Below are positions 20,088-33,300 of a DNA stretch of 64,000 nucleotides, in pieces. This stretch comes from Methanothrix sp. (GTDB lineage: Archaea > Halobacteriota > Methanosarcinia > Methanotrichales > Methanotrichaceae): NCBI GenBank assembly GCA_963682135.1, contig OY821645.1, forward strand, positions 288,001-352,000. The letters are read 5' to 3'. The notes under the pieces are model-generated. The model saw nothing but the letters and a program-made list of their open reading frames with translations, was not told the origin of the DNA and did no database searches. A program made the translations under genes and the position numbers. Positions within the stretch are counted from its first letter, which is position 1. The number at the start of each line of letters is the position of its first letter.

Positions 20088-20621
20088 ATGGACCCATACC
20101 TAGGCGAGATAAAGATATTCGCAGGAACATATGCACCCATGGGCTGGATGATGTGCCAGGGTCAGATTCTACCTATATCTGGAAATGACGCACTTTTTGC
20201 AGTAATAGGTGCCACCTACGGAGGAGACGGCGTAACCAACTTCGCTCTACCGGACTTTCGAGGAAGAGTGCCTCTTGGATACAGTACAAGCTATCCATTA
20301 GGGCAGAAAGACGGATATGAGACGGTAGCGCTCGCTGCAGATAATCTTCCGGTGCACGGCCACCCGGGTCAGGTAAAATGTACCAATAGGAGCGACTCTG
20401 AAACTCCAGGCGGAAATGTACCTAGTGCCGCAGTGATTTCCAGTACTGATGCTCCGAGGAACGAATATGTCCCGTCGGCAGGTCAGACGCTGGTAGATCT
20501 TGCCAGCAGTTGCGTTTCCATCGATCCGGCAGGCGGATCCGTTGCTCATCAGAATATTCAGCCTTCTATGGCATTGAACTTTATCATAGCAGTGGAAGGG
20601 ATCTTTCCAACCAGGGGATGA
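20088..20621 (+). CDS. Phage tail-collar domain protein 3
   Basis: YLGEIKIFAGTYAPMGWMMCQGQ...NFALPDFRGR; HGH; AHQNIQP...GIFPTR. Confidence 0.92.
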   Translation: MDPYLGEIKIFAGTYAPMGWMMCQGQILPISGNDALFAVIGATYGGDGVTNFALPDFRGRVPLGYSTSYPLGQKDGYETVALAADNLPVHGHPGQVKCTNRSDSETPGGNVPSAAVISSTDAPRNEYVPSAGQTLVDLASSCVSIDPAGGSVAHQNIQPSMALNFIIAVEGIFPTRG

Positions 20622-21164
20622 ATGAAAGGAAGAGAGTCGGGCAGTCCGGAAGGCTGCTGTTGGAGCTATTTAGGCTCGCGGCTGACACTGCGCCCTGCAT
20701 GCCGGGAGGATGATCTGTTTCTTTTTCATCTCTTTTGCAGCATTCGCGAACCTGACTTCGCCTTTCTTGGAGAATTGGAAAGGAAAAAAATAATGGAATT
20801 GCAATTTGCCGCCCAGCAGAGACACTATCAGGCGAATATGCCTGAGGCGGAGCACCTGATTGTCCTTCAGGATGGCGGGTCGATTGGCAGAATGATCCTC
20901 CTTCAGAGGAATGATGAGTTGCATCTGGCAGAGATCGCCCTTTTGCCTGAGCATAGGAACCATGGGATCGGCAGCATATTGATTAAAGAACTTATTAAGG
21001 CTGAGGCAGAACAGGGGCATGCGATCAGGCTGCAGGTCTACAATCATAGCGCAGCGGTGCGTTTCTATCAGCGATTGGGTTTTGTAAAGGCAAGAGATGA
21101 TGGTGCTTACTTGTTTCTGGAAAAGCTTCCCACAATCGGGGGCGATGGTGGGAACATATTTTAA
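20622..21164 (+). CDS. GNAT N-acetyltransferase
   Basis: IALLPEHRNHGIGS acetyl-CoA motif and AVRFYQRLGF; abuts the third tail-collar gene. Confidence 0.9.
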   Translation: MKGRESGSPEGCCWSYLGSRLTLRPACREDDLFLFHLFCSIREPDFAFLGELERKKIMELQFAAQQRHYQANMPEAEHLIVLQDGGSIGRMILLQRNDELHLAEIALLPEHRNHGIGSILIKELIKAEAEQGHAIRLQVYNHSAAVRFYQRLGFVKARDDGAYLFLEKLPTIGGDGGNIF

Positions 21165-21347
21165 AATAGCGATTAAATTGAAATTTAATTAATAATATTA
21201 TTATTAAGCGGCATGGTAGGGGGCCAAATTAATGAACTATATCGGTCATTACGGCAATGAATCCTTAATTGAGGGTCTTTCAGGGCAGATATTCCGTATT
21301 TTATTGAATGAATTGATTATTCCTTTAAAGGTTCAAGGAGACGCGCA

Positions 21348-24300
21348 ATGTCTCCAATAATGGCAAGATCGGCAGGAATCTGCCTTGCCGCACTTCTTAT
21401 TATGCTGGCGGCGACTGCTCCAGCCAGCGGCGCCTGCACTATGAGCGTTTCCAGGATCGGGACGGCTTCTGATGCCAACGGCGTTTTCGTCTTGAATGAT
21501 AAGGTGTATATCGCATCGACAAATGGACATTACATCATTATGCCTTTGAGCAGCCTGGTTGCAACATCGGATTTTAATATTGGAGGCTCACCGTATGACG
21601 TATTTGTATCGGGTAGTACTGCTTATCTGACCGATTTTTATAGCAGCAATGGAGTCAGGGTTGTCAATGCAGATACGGGGGCCCCTCTGGGAGAATGCAC
21701 CAACTGGCCTTCAGGTCTTTCTGCCATCGGCATTTATAACTCCGGCAGCTACGCCTATGTGGGAGCAACTGACTACACGAACGGCTACCTTGTTGTCTTG
21801 AGCCTGACAACTCCTAACTCACCGAGCGTTGTCAATACCATTTCAAGCGGCCCTATGGCTCAGGGCGGAGGCGGCCTATGTGTTACCGATGGCAAGATTT
21901 ACCTGGCAACCGATAATGGCGTGGATGAATTCACCCTCGGTAACCCAGCCAGTCCCTCCTACTCGGGAACCATTTCTACGCCCTATGGCGCATATGATGT
22001 TCACGTATTCGGCACCAATGCCTATGTTGTTATGGGAACAAATCCGCCTTCCGGCCAACCCAATGTAGTGGTCCTTGACCTCGCTAATTCAGGCACCCAG
22101 ACAGACTGTTATTATGATAGCACTCCGTCTTATGCCCTCCCGCCTTATGCCATCCAGTTCTACAATGGAAAAATATACATCGTTGATCCGAACGGACTCA
22201 AAGAATTGAGCGTAGGATCGGTGTCGGGATCGCTGACCGTTAACCTGGATGCCGTTCCAAATAATGCTCAGGACTTCACCTTCTCAGGCGACCTGGGAAG
22301 CTTCATTCTAGATGACGATAGCGATGACACCTATCCCAGCACCAAGACATTCAGCAGTCTGGCAGCAGGATACTATGCATTCCATCAGACGGTGCCATCA
22401 GGCTGGATCGTGAGCAGCATAACGGCATCAGATGCCAGCAAGGTCACGTACAGCAGCGATGGCAACTCGTGGCACAGCACCTTCACTTCCGGCGATACCT
22501 GGGCGAAGGCCTCAGTACAGGCCGGCGGCAGCACCCTGACGGTAAATTTCCAGGATACCAGAGTTTATTCCATCTCCGGGCATGTGATTTACGATCTGGA
22601 CGGCAACGGGGCTAAGAATAATTTTGAAGGCTACGTGCCCAACGGCTGGGTGGTGCAGCTTTGGAAAGATGGCACACAGACCTCTCAGACAACAACTCTG
22701 AGCGGCGCTTATTCATTCAGCAATCTTCCTGCCGGAAATTACGAGGTAAGGTCCATCTTGCAGACCGGCTGGGTGAATACCATCCCTGCAACCGGAATTC
22801 GCAGCTATTCGCCTCTCTCCTCAGATCAGACCAATCAGGACTTCGGAGTCCGCGGCAGCCAGTCCATTGCCGGCATGAAGTTTCACGACCTTGATGGCGA
22901 TAGAGCCAAGGATGCAGGCGAGCCGGGCCTGGCGAGCTGGACCATCGATCTGAAGAAAGACGGCAATAAGATAGCCAGCACTCAGACCGCTGCCGGAGGC
23001 GCATATTCTTTTGCCGGCCTGGCGCCGGGCAGCTACACCGTCGAGGAGACTCTGCAGTCCGGTTGGATACAGTCCTACCCCGCCTCGCCAGGCACACATG
23101 CAGTAACACTGGTCGCAGGAGTTGCCGGACCGACAGATAAGGACTTTGGCAATTACCAGACTACCGGATTTTCCGGCGTGAAATTCGAGGATCTCAATGG
23201 CAATGGTGCCAAGGATGCGGGCGAGCCGGGCATCTCTGGCTGGACCATTAAACTCAAGCAAGGCGCAACTGAGATCGCCAGCACCCAAACAGGCACAGTC
23301 GGAGCTTATTCCTTTACCGGAATTGCCCCTGGCAGCTACACTGTAGAAGAAGTGGCTCAGAGCGGCTGGACGCAGTCCTATCCTGCAACGCCCGGCACTT
23401 ATCCATTAACTCTAGTCTCGGGAGTTGCCGGGCCGACGGACATCAATTTCGGCAACTTGCGATCCACCGGATTTTCCGGCGTGAAATTCGAGGATCTCAA
23501 TGGCAATGGTGCCAAAGATGCGGGCGAGCCGGGTCTATCCGGCTGGACCATTAAACTCAAGCAAGGCGCAACTGAGATCGCCAGCACCCAAACAGGAACA
23601 GTCGGAGCTTATTCCTTTACCGGAATTGCCCCTGGCAGCTACACTGTAGAAGAAGTGGCTCAGAGCGGCTGGACGCAGTCCTATCCTGCAACGCCCGGCA
23701 CTTATCCATTAACTCTGGTCTCGGGAGTTGCCGGGCCGACGGACATCAATTTCGGCAACTGGCGGGCCACTGGATTTTCCGGCATGAAGTTTGAAGACCT
23801 CAACGGCAATGGAGCCAAGGATGCAGGCGAGCCGGGCATCTCAGGCTGGACCATCAAACTCAAGCAAGGGGCAACCGAGATCACCAGCATCCAAACCGGT
23901 ACAGGCGGAGCCTATTCCTTTACCGGAATTGCCCCCGGCAGCTACACTGTAGAAGAAGTGGCTCAGAGCGGCTGGACCCGATCCTATCCTGCCTCGCCGG
24001 GCACTCATTCATTAACTCTGGTCTCGGGAGTCGCCGGACCGACGAATATTGATTTCGGCAACTGGAAATCGACCGGTCTTTCTGGCGTGAAGTTTGAAGA
24101 TCTCAACGGCAATGGGGCCAAGGATACAGGAGAGCCCGGCATCTCAGGCTGGACAATTAAGCTCATGAGCGGCGCAACCGAGATTGCAAGCACCCAGACC
24201 GGCGCGGGCGGAGCCTATTCCTTCGCCGGCATTTCTCCCGGCAGCTATACCGTCAAGGAAGAAGTCGAGAGCGGTTGGACGCAGTCCTATCCTGCAACGC

Positions 24301-27300
24301 CCGGCACTTATCCATTAAATCTGGTATCGGGAGTCGCCGGCCCGACTAACATCGACTTTGGCAACTGGAAATCGACCGGTCTTTCTGGCGTGAAGTTTGA
24401 AGATCTCAACGGCAATGGTGCCAAGGATACAGGAGAGCCTGGCATCTCAGGGTGGACAATTAAGCTCATGAGCGGCGCAACAGAGATTTCAAGCACCCAA
24501 ACCGGTGCCGACGGCAGCTATTCCTTCGCCGGCATTGCGCCCGGCAGCTACACTGTAACGGAAGCTATGCAGCCCGGCTGGACGCAGTCCTATCCTGCAA
24601 CGCCCGGCACTTATCCATTAACTCTGATCTCGGGAGTCGCCGGACCGGCGAACATCAATTTCGGTAACTGGCGCACCACTGGTCTCTCGGGCATGAAATT
24701 CGAGGATCTCAACGGCAACGGTGCCAAGGATGCAGGCGAGCCCGGCATCTCAGGCTGGACAATTAAACTCATGAGCGACGCAACCGAGATTGCAAGCACC
24801 CAAACCGGTGCCGACGGCAGCTATTCCTTCACCGGCATTGCACCCGGCAGCTACACCATAGAAGAAGTAGCCCAGGGCGGCTGGACGCAATCCTATCCTG
24901 CAACGCCCGGCACTTATCCATTAACTCTGATCTCGGGAGTCGCCGGACCAACGAACATCAATTTCGGTAACTGGCGCACCACTGTTTTCTCCGGCATGAA
25001 ATTCGAAGATCTCAACGGCAACGGGGCCAAGGATGCAGGCGAGCCGGGCCTAAAGGACTGGACCATCAAGCTCATGAACGGCGCAACAGAGATTTCAAGC
25101 ACCCAGACCGGCGCCGATGGCGCCTATTCCTTCACCGACATTGCGCCCGGCAGCTACACCGTAGAGGAGGCTATGCAGGCTGGCTGGGCTCGGACTTATC
25201 CCGCCTCGCCAGGCACGCATACGATAAACCTGGTCTCAGGAGTCGCCGGCCCGACTAACATCAATTTCGGCAATGCCAGAGCTACTGGTTTTTCCGGAAT
25301 GAAATTCGAAGATCTTAACGGCAATGGTGCCAAGGATTTAGGCGAGCCGGGCCTCGAGGGCTGGACAATTAAGCTCATGAGTGGCGCAACAGAGATTGCA
25401 AGCACCCAGACCGATGCCGATGGAGCCTATTCCTTCACCGACATTTCTCCTGGCAGCTATACCGTCAAGGAAGAGGTCAAGAGCGGTTGGACGCAGTCCT
25501 ATCCTGCAACGCCCGGCACTTATCCATTAACTCTGATCTCGGGAGTCGCCGGCCCGACTAACATCGACTTTGGCAACTGGAAATCAACCGGTCTTTCTGG
25601 CGTGAAGTTTGAAGATCTCAACGGCAACGGTGCCAAGGATACAGGAGAGCCCGGCATCTCAGGCTGGACAATTAAGCTCATGAGCGGCGCAACCGAGATT
25701 GCAGGCACCCAAACCGGCGCCGATGGAGCCTATTCCTTCACCGACATTGCGCCCGGAAGCTATACTGTGGAGGAAACTGCGCAAGCTGGCTGGACGCAGT
25801 CCTATCCTGCAACGCCCGGCACTTATCCATTAACTTTGGTGTCGGGAGTTGCCGGACCAAATAACATCGATTTCGGTAACTGGCGCACCACTGGTCTCTC
25901 GGGCATGAAATTCGGGGATCTCAACGGCAACGGTGCCAAGGATGCAGGCGAGCCGGGTCTAAAGGACTGGACCATTAAGCTCATGAGCGGCGCAACAGAG
26001 ATTGCGAGCACCCAGACCGGCGCCGATGGAGCCTATTCCTTCACCGGCATTGCTCCAGGCAGCTACACCGTAGAAGAAGTAGCCCAGAGCGGCTGGACGC
26101 AGTCTTATCCTGCAGCGCCCGGCACGTATCCAGTAACTTTGTCTTCGGGATTGCTGGCTGCTAATATCGATTTCGGCAACTGGAAAGCAACCGGTTTCAC
26201 GGGCCTGAAGTTCGAGGATCTCAACGGCAACGGGGCCAAGGATGCAGGCGAGCCGGGCCTCGAGGGCTGGACAATTAAGCTCATGAGTGGCGCAACCGAG
26301 ATTTCAAGTACCCAGACCGATGCCGATGGAGCCTATTCTTTCACCGACATTGCTCCCGGTAGCTACACCGTCGAGGAGGCTATGCAGGCTGGCTGGGCTC
26401 AGACTTGTCCCGCCTCACCAGGCACGCATACGATAAACCTGGTCTCAGGAGTTGCCGGACCGACGAACATCAATTTCGGCAATGCCAGAGGTACCGGCTT
26501 TTCCGGCATGAAATTCGAGGATCTCAACGGCAATGGTGCCAAGGATGCAGGCGAAACGGGCCTTGAGGGCTGGACCATTAAGCTCATGAGCGGCGCAACA
26601 GAGATTGCAAGCACCCAGACCGATGCCGATGGCAGTTATTCTTTCATCGGCATTACTCCCGGTAGCTACACCGTGCAAGAAGAAGCCCAGGCAGGCTGGA
26701 CGCAGTCTTATCCTGCAACGCCCGGCACTTATCCATTAAATCTGGTATCGGGAGTTGCCGGGCCGACTAACATCGACTTCGGCAACTGGAAAGCAACCGG
26801 TCTTTCTGGCGTGAAGTTTGAAGATCTCAACGGCAACGGTGCCAAGGATACAGGAGAGCCCGGCCTCACTGGCTGGACCATTAAGCTCATGAGCGGCGCA
26901 ACAGAGATTGCAAGCACCCAAACCAATGTCGATGGCGCCTATTCCTTCACCGGCATTGCGCCCGGCAGCTACACTGTAACGGAAGCTATGCAGCCCGGCT
27001 GGACGCAGTCCTATCCTGCAACGCCCGGCACTTATCCATTAACTCTGGTGTCGGGAGTCGCCGGACCGACGAACATCAATTTCGGTAACTGGCGCACCAC
27101 TGGTCTCTCGGGCATGAAATTCGAGGATCTCAACGGCAACGGTGCCAAGGATGCAGGCGAGCCCGGCATCTCAGGCTGGACCATTAAGCTCATGAGCGAC
27201 GCAACCGAGATTGCAAGCACCCAAACCGGTGCCGACGGCAGCTATTCCTTCACCGGCATTGCACCCGGCAGCTACACTGTAGAAGAAGTAGCCCAGAGCG

Positions 27301-30300
27301 GCTGGACGCAATCCTATCCTGCAACGCCCGGCACTTATCCATTAACTCTGATCTCGGGAGTCGCCGGACCGACGGACATCAATTTCGGCAACTGGCGCAC
27401 CACTGGTTTCTCCGGCATGAAATTCGAAGATCTCAATGGAAATGGTGCCAGGGATGCAGGCGAGCCGGGCCTAAAGGACTGGACCATCAAGCTCATGAAC
27501 GGCGCAACAGAGATTTCAAGCATCCAGACCGGCGCCGATGGCGCCTATTCCTTCACCGACATTGCGCCCGGCAGCTACACCGTAGAGGAGGCTATGCAGG
27601 CTGGCTGGGCTCGGACTTATCCCGCCTCGCCAGGCACGCATACGATAAACCTGGTCTCAGGAGTCGCCGGCCCGACTAACATCAATTTCGGCAATGCCAG
27701 AGCTACTGGTTTTTCCGGAATGAAATTCGAAGATCTTAACGGCAATGGTGCCAAGGATGCAGGCGAGCCGGGCCTCGAGGGCTGGACCATTAAGCTCATG
27801 AGCGGTGCAACCGAGATTTCGAGCACCCAGACCGATGCCGATGGAGCCTATTCCTTCACCGACATTTCTCCTGGCAGCTATACCGTCAAGGAAGAGGTCA
27901 AGAGCGGTTGGACGCAGTCTTATCCTGCAACGCCCGGCACTTATCCATTAAATCTAGTATCGGGAGTAGCCGGCCCGACTAACATCGACTTCGGCAACTG
28001 GAAAGCAACCGGTCTTTCTGGCGTGAAGTTTGAAGATCTCAACGGCAATGGTGCCAAGGACGCAGGCGAAACGGGCATCTCAGGCTGGACAATTAAACTC
28101 AAGCAAGGAACAACCGAGATCTCCAGCACCCAGACAGGCACAGGCGGTGCTTATTCCTTTACCGGCATTGCCCCCGGCAGCTACACTGTAGAAGAAGTGG
28201 CTCAGATCGGCTGGACGCAGTCCTATCCTGCCTCTCCGGGCACTCATTCATTTACTCTGGTATCGGGAGTTGCCGGACCAACTAACATCGATTTCGGTAA
28301 CTGGCGCACCACCGGTCTCTCGGGCATGAAATTCGAGGATCTCAACGGCAACGGTGCCAAGGATGCAGGCGAGCCGGGCCTCAAAGACTGGACCATTAAG
28401 CTCATGAGCGGTGCAACAGAGATTGCAAGCACCCAAACCGGTGCCGACGGCAGCTATTCCTTCACCGGCATTGCACCCGGCAGCTACACCATAGAAGAAG
28501 TAGCCCAAGGCGGCTGGACGCAGTCTTATCCTGCAGCGCCCGGCACTCATTCGTTAGCTCTGGCCTCGGGAGTCGCCGGACCAACGGACATCAATTTCGG
28601 CAACTGGCGCACCACTGGTCTCTCGGGCATGAAATTCGAAGATCTCAACGGCAATGGTGCCAGGGATGCAGGCGAGCCGGGCCTAAAGGACTGGACCATC
28701 AAGCTCATGAGCGGCGCAACCGAGATTTCAAGTACCCAGACCGATGCCGATGGCGCCTATTCCTTCACCGACATTGCGCCCGGCAGCTACACCGTCGTGG
28801 AGGCTATGCAGGCTGGCTGGGCTCAGACCTATCCCGTCTCGCCAGGCACGCATTCGATAAACCTGGTCTCAGGAGTTGCCGGCCCGACTAACATCAATTT
28901 CGGCAATGACAGGGCTACTGGTTTTTCCGGAATGAAATTCGAAGATCTTAACGGCAATGGTGCCAAGGATGCAGGCGAGCCGGGCCTTGAGGGCTGGACC
29001 ATTAAGCTCATGAGCGGTGCAACCGAGATTGCAAGCACCCAGACCGATGCCGATGGCGCCTATTCCTTCACCGACATTGCACCCGGCAGCTACACTGTCA
29101 AGGAAGAGGTCAAGAGCGGCTGGACTCAGTCCTATCCTGCAACGTCCGGCACTTATCCATTAACTCTGGTGTCAGGTGTCGCCGGACCGACTAACATCGA
29201 CTTCGGCAACTGGAAATCGACCGGTCTTTCTGGCGTGAAGTTTGAAGATCTCAACGGCAACGGTGCCAAGGATGTAGGCGAGCCGAGCCTTGAGGGCTGG
29301 ACCATTAAGCTCATGAGCGGCGCAACCGAGATTTCAAGCACCCAGACCGATGCCGATGGCGCTTATTCTTTCATCGACATTGCACCCGGCAGCTACACGG
29401 TCAAGGAAGAAGTCAAGAGCGGCTGGACTCAGTCCTATCCTGCGTCACCAGGCACGCATGCAATCACTCTGGTCTCGGGATTGCCAGTTACTAATATCGA
29501 TTTCGGCAACTGGAAATCGACTGGATTTTCCGGCGTGAAGTTCGAGGACAACAACGGCAATGGAGCTAAGGACGCAGGCGAGCCGGGCCTCAAAGACTGG
29601 ACCATCAAGCTTATGAAAGGCACAACAGTGGTTTCGGTCATCCCGACCGATGCCGATGGCGCCTATTCCTTCACAGACATTGCACCCGGCAGCTACACCG
29701 TCGAGGAAGCTGCGCAAGCTGGCTGGACGCAGTCCTATCCCGCCTCGCCAGGCATGCAGACCGTTAACCTGGTCTCAGGTGTGATCGGGCCGAAAAATGT
29801 CGATTTCGGCAACTGGCGTAGCACAGGTTTCTCGGGCATGAAGTTCGAGGACCTCAATGGTAACGGTGCCAAAGATAGCGGTGAACCGGGTCTGTTCGGC
29901 TGGGCCATCGTGCTTAAGAAAGGCGAAACAGTTGTTTCGGTCACCCAGACTGACCCCGACGGCGTTTATTCCTTCGCAGACATTGCACCCGGCAGCTACA
30001 CCGTCGAGGAGGCTATGCAATCAGGCTGGACTCAGACAAATCCCATATGGCCAGGCACGCATTCAGTGACACTGGTATCAGGAATAGCTGGACCGAATAA
30101 TATCGATTTTGGTAACGCGAGAACTACAGGCTTTTCCGGTCTGAAGTTCGAGGATCTCAACGGCAATGGGGCCAAGGACGCAGGCGAGCCGGGCCTCAAA
30201 GACTGGACCATCAAACTCATGAGCGGTGCAACCGAGATCTCCAGCACCCAGACAGCAGCCGATGGCAGTTATTCTTTCATCGGCATTACTCCCGGTAGCT

Positions 30301-33300
30301 ACACCGTGCAAGAGGAAGCCCAGGCAGGCTGGACGCAGTCTTATCCTGCAACGCCCGGCACTTATCCATTAACTCTGGTGTCGGGAGTTGCCGGACCGAC
30401 GGACATTGATTTCGGCAACTGGAAATCGACCGGTTTTTCCGGTATGAAGTTCGAAGATCTCAACGGCAATGGGGCCAAGGACGCAGGCGAGCCGGGCCTC
30501 AAAGACTGGACCATCAAACTCATGAGCGGTGCAACCGAGATCTCCAGCACCCAGACAGCAGCCGATGGCAGTTATTCTTTCATCGGCATTACTCCCGGTA
30601 GCTACACCGTGCAAGAAGTAGCCCAGGCAGGCTGGACGCAGTCTTATCCCGCCTCGCCAGGCACGCATGCAATCACTCTGGTATCAGGAGTGGCCGGACC
30701 GACGGACCTCGATTTCGGCAACTGGAAATCGACCGGCTTTTCCGGCCTGAAGTTCGAAGATCTCAACGGCAATGGAGCCAAAGATGCGGGCGAGCCGGGT
30801 CTGGCTGACTGGACCATCAGGATTATGAAAGGTGCAACAGTGGTTGCCAGCGCCCTGACATTGGCCGACGGTGCTTATTCTTTCACCGGCATTGCGCCCG
30901 GAAGCTACATTGTGGAGGAAACTGCGCAAGCTGGCTGGACTCAGTCCTATCCCGCCTCGCCAGGCACCCAGACCGTTAACCTGGTCTCGGGAGCAGCCGG
31001 ACCGAATGACATTGATTTCGGAAACTGGAGAGCGACCGGTTTCTCGGGAATGAAGTTTAATGACCTGGATAGAAATGGTGCCAGGGATGCAGGCGAGCCC
31101 GGCCTCTCAGGCTGGACCATTAAGCTCATGAAAGGTGCAACCGAGACCTCCAGCACTCAAACAGCAGCCGATGGCAGCTATTCTTTCACCGACATTGCTC
31201 CTGGCAGCTACACCGTGCAAGAGGCAGCCCAATCCGGCTGGGTTCAGTCCTATCCAGCAACGCCCGGAATGCATCCAATCACCCTGGTATCGGGAATAGC
31301 TGGACCGACTGACATTGACTTCGGCAACCGTGGCTCTCTCGCTATCTCCGGCATGAAATTCCATGACAAGAATGCCAACGGCATACAGGATGATGGCGAG
31401 CCGGGTCTCTCAGGCTGGGATATCCAGCTTAAAGATAGCAGCGATAATCTCTTGCAGACCGCCACTACCAGCGCGGAGCCTGGCAAGGAGGGAGTCTATG
31501 AGTTTGCGGATCTGCCGCCGGGAACCTATCGGGTCTACGAGGCACCCAAAACCGGCTGGGTTCGGACTGCACCCGCGGAGGATCACTACGTAATAACCCT
31601 AACTGATTCATCCTCCCGGGGAAATCTCTTTGGCAACAATCAGCTTGCCATCTCCGGTATGAAGTTCCATGATAAGAACGCCAACGGCATAAAGGATGAT
31701 GGCGAGCCGGGTCTCTCCGGCTGGCAGATTCAGCTCAAAGACGGCAGCGACAACCTCCTGCAAACCGTCACCACCAGCTCAGATCCTGGCAAGGAAGGAG
31801 TCTACGAGTTCCTGGATTTGCAGCCCGGCACCTATCATGTCTACGAGATCCAGCAGGATGGCTGGATTCGGACTGCTCCAGATCAGGAGTACCATTCTGT
31901 GACCCTGTCCAACATGCCCTCCCGGGGAAATATGTTCGGAAACAATCTTGTGAATCTCTCCGGCACGAAGTTTGAGGACCTCAACGGCAACGGAGCGAAA
32001 GATAGCGGCGAGCCGGGTTTGGCTGGCTGGACCATCAGGCTCATAAAAGAGGGAACAGAGATCTCCAGCACATTTACGGACGCCGATGGCAGCTATTCGT
32101 TTGCACGCATAGCGCCCGGCAGCTACAGTGTGGTGGAGGATGTCAAGGACGGCTGGACCCAGTCTTATCCGCCCTCCGGAAAGCATACTTTTTCTCTGGC
32201 ATTTGGAGAATTCGGCCGGAGCGGCCTTAATTTTGGCAACTTCAGACCAACTGGTTTTGCCGGGACCAAGTTCGAAGATCTCAACGGCAATGGCGCTAAA
32301 GACAGCGGTGAGCCCGGACTCTCTGGCTGGACTATCAGGCTCATGAAAGAAGGCGCACTTGTCTCCAGCACAGTGACGGCTGCCGACGGATCATATTCTT
32401 TCACAGGCATTTCTCCCGGCAGCTACACTGTCGAAGAGTCAGCCCAGTCCGGCTGGACCCAGTCTTATCCCGCAACACCTGGAACCCATGAAATTACTCT
32501 GGTTTCCGGAGTTGCCGGACCAATTAATATCGATTTCGGCAACTACTGGTCAACCGGTTTGTCCGGCATGAAGTTTGATGACAAGAACGGCAACGGTGCC
32601 AAAGATAGCGGCGAGCCGGGCCTTGAGGGCTGGACAATTAAGCTCATGAGCGGTGCAACCGAGGTTGCCAGCACAGTGACTGCCGCCGATGGCAGCTATT
32701 CGTTTACTAACATCGTTCCCGGAGAATACACGGTTGAAGAAGTGCTTCAGTCTGGCTGGCTTCAGACCTATCCGACAGCACCTGGAACCCATGCAGTAAT
32801 TCTGGTCTCAGGAGTTGCCGGACGAACAGACCTCGATTTCGGGAACTGGAAGACCACTGGCCTCTCCGGCGTGAAATTTGAGGATCTCAATGCCAATGGC
32901 GCGAAAGATAGCGGAGAGCCGGGCATCGCAGGCTGGACCATCAAGCTCATGAATGGCGCAACCGAGGTTGCAGGCACAGTGACCGCCGCTGATGGCTCAT
33001 ATTCGTTTGCAGGAGTTGTGCCCGGCAGCTACACCGTGCAAGAGGATGCCCAGGCCGCCTGGACGCAGTCCTATCCTGCCTCACCAGGCACATATCCCGT
33101 AACTCTGGTCTCAGGTGTTGACGGTCCGAAAGATCTCGATTTCGGAAACTGGCGAAAAACCAGTCTTTCCGGCATGAAGTTTGATGATATCAACGGCAAC
33201 GGAGTCAAAGACAGCGGAGAGCCGGGCATCGCAGGCTGGACCATTGTGCTGAAAAAAGATGGCGCACAGGTCGATAGAAAAGTAACCAACTCCGATGGAG

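Noticed and set aside
18936-21164. Prophage or contractile injection system
   Set aside because: No capsid, terminase, sheath, tube, baseplate or integrase genes; the flanks are host genes.
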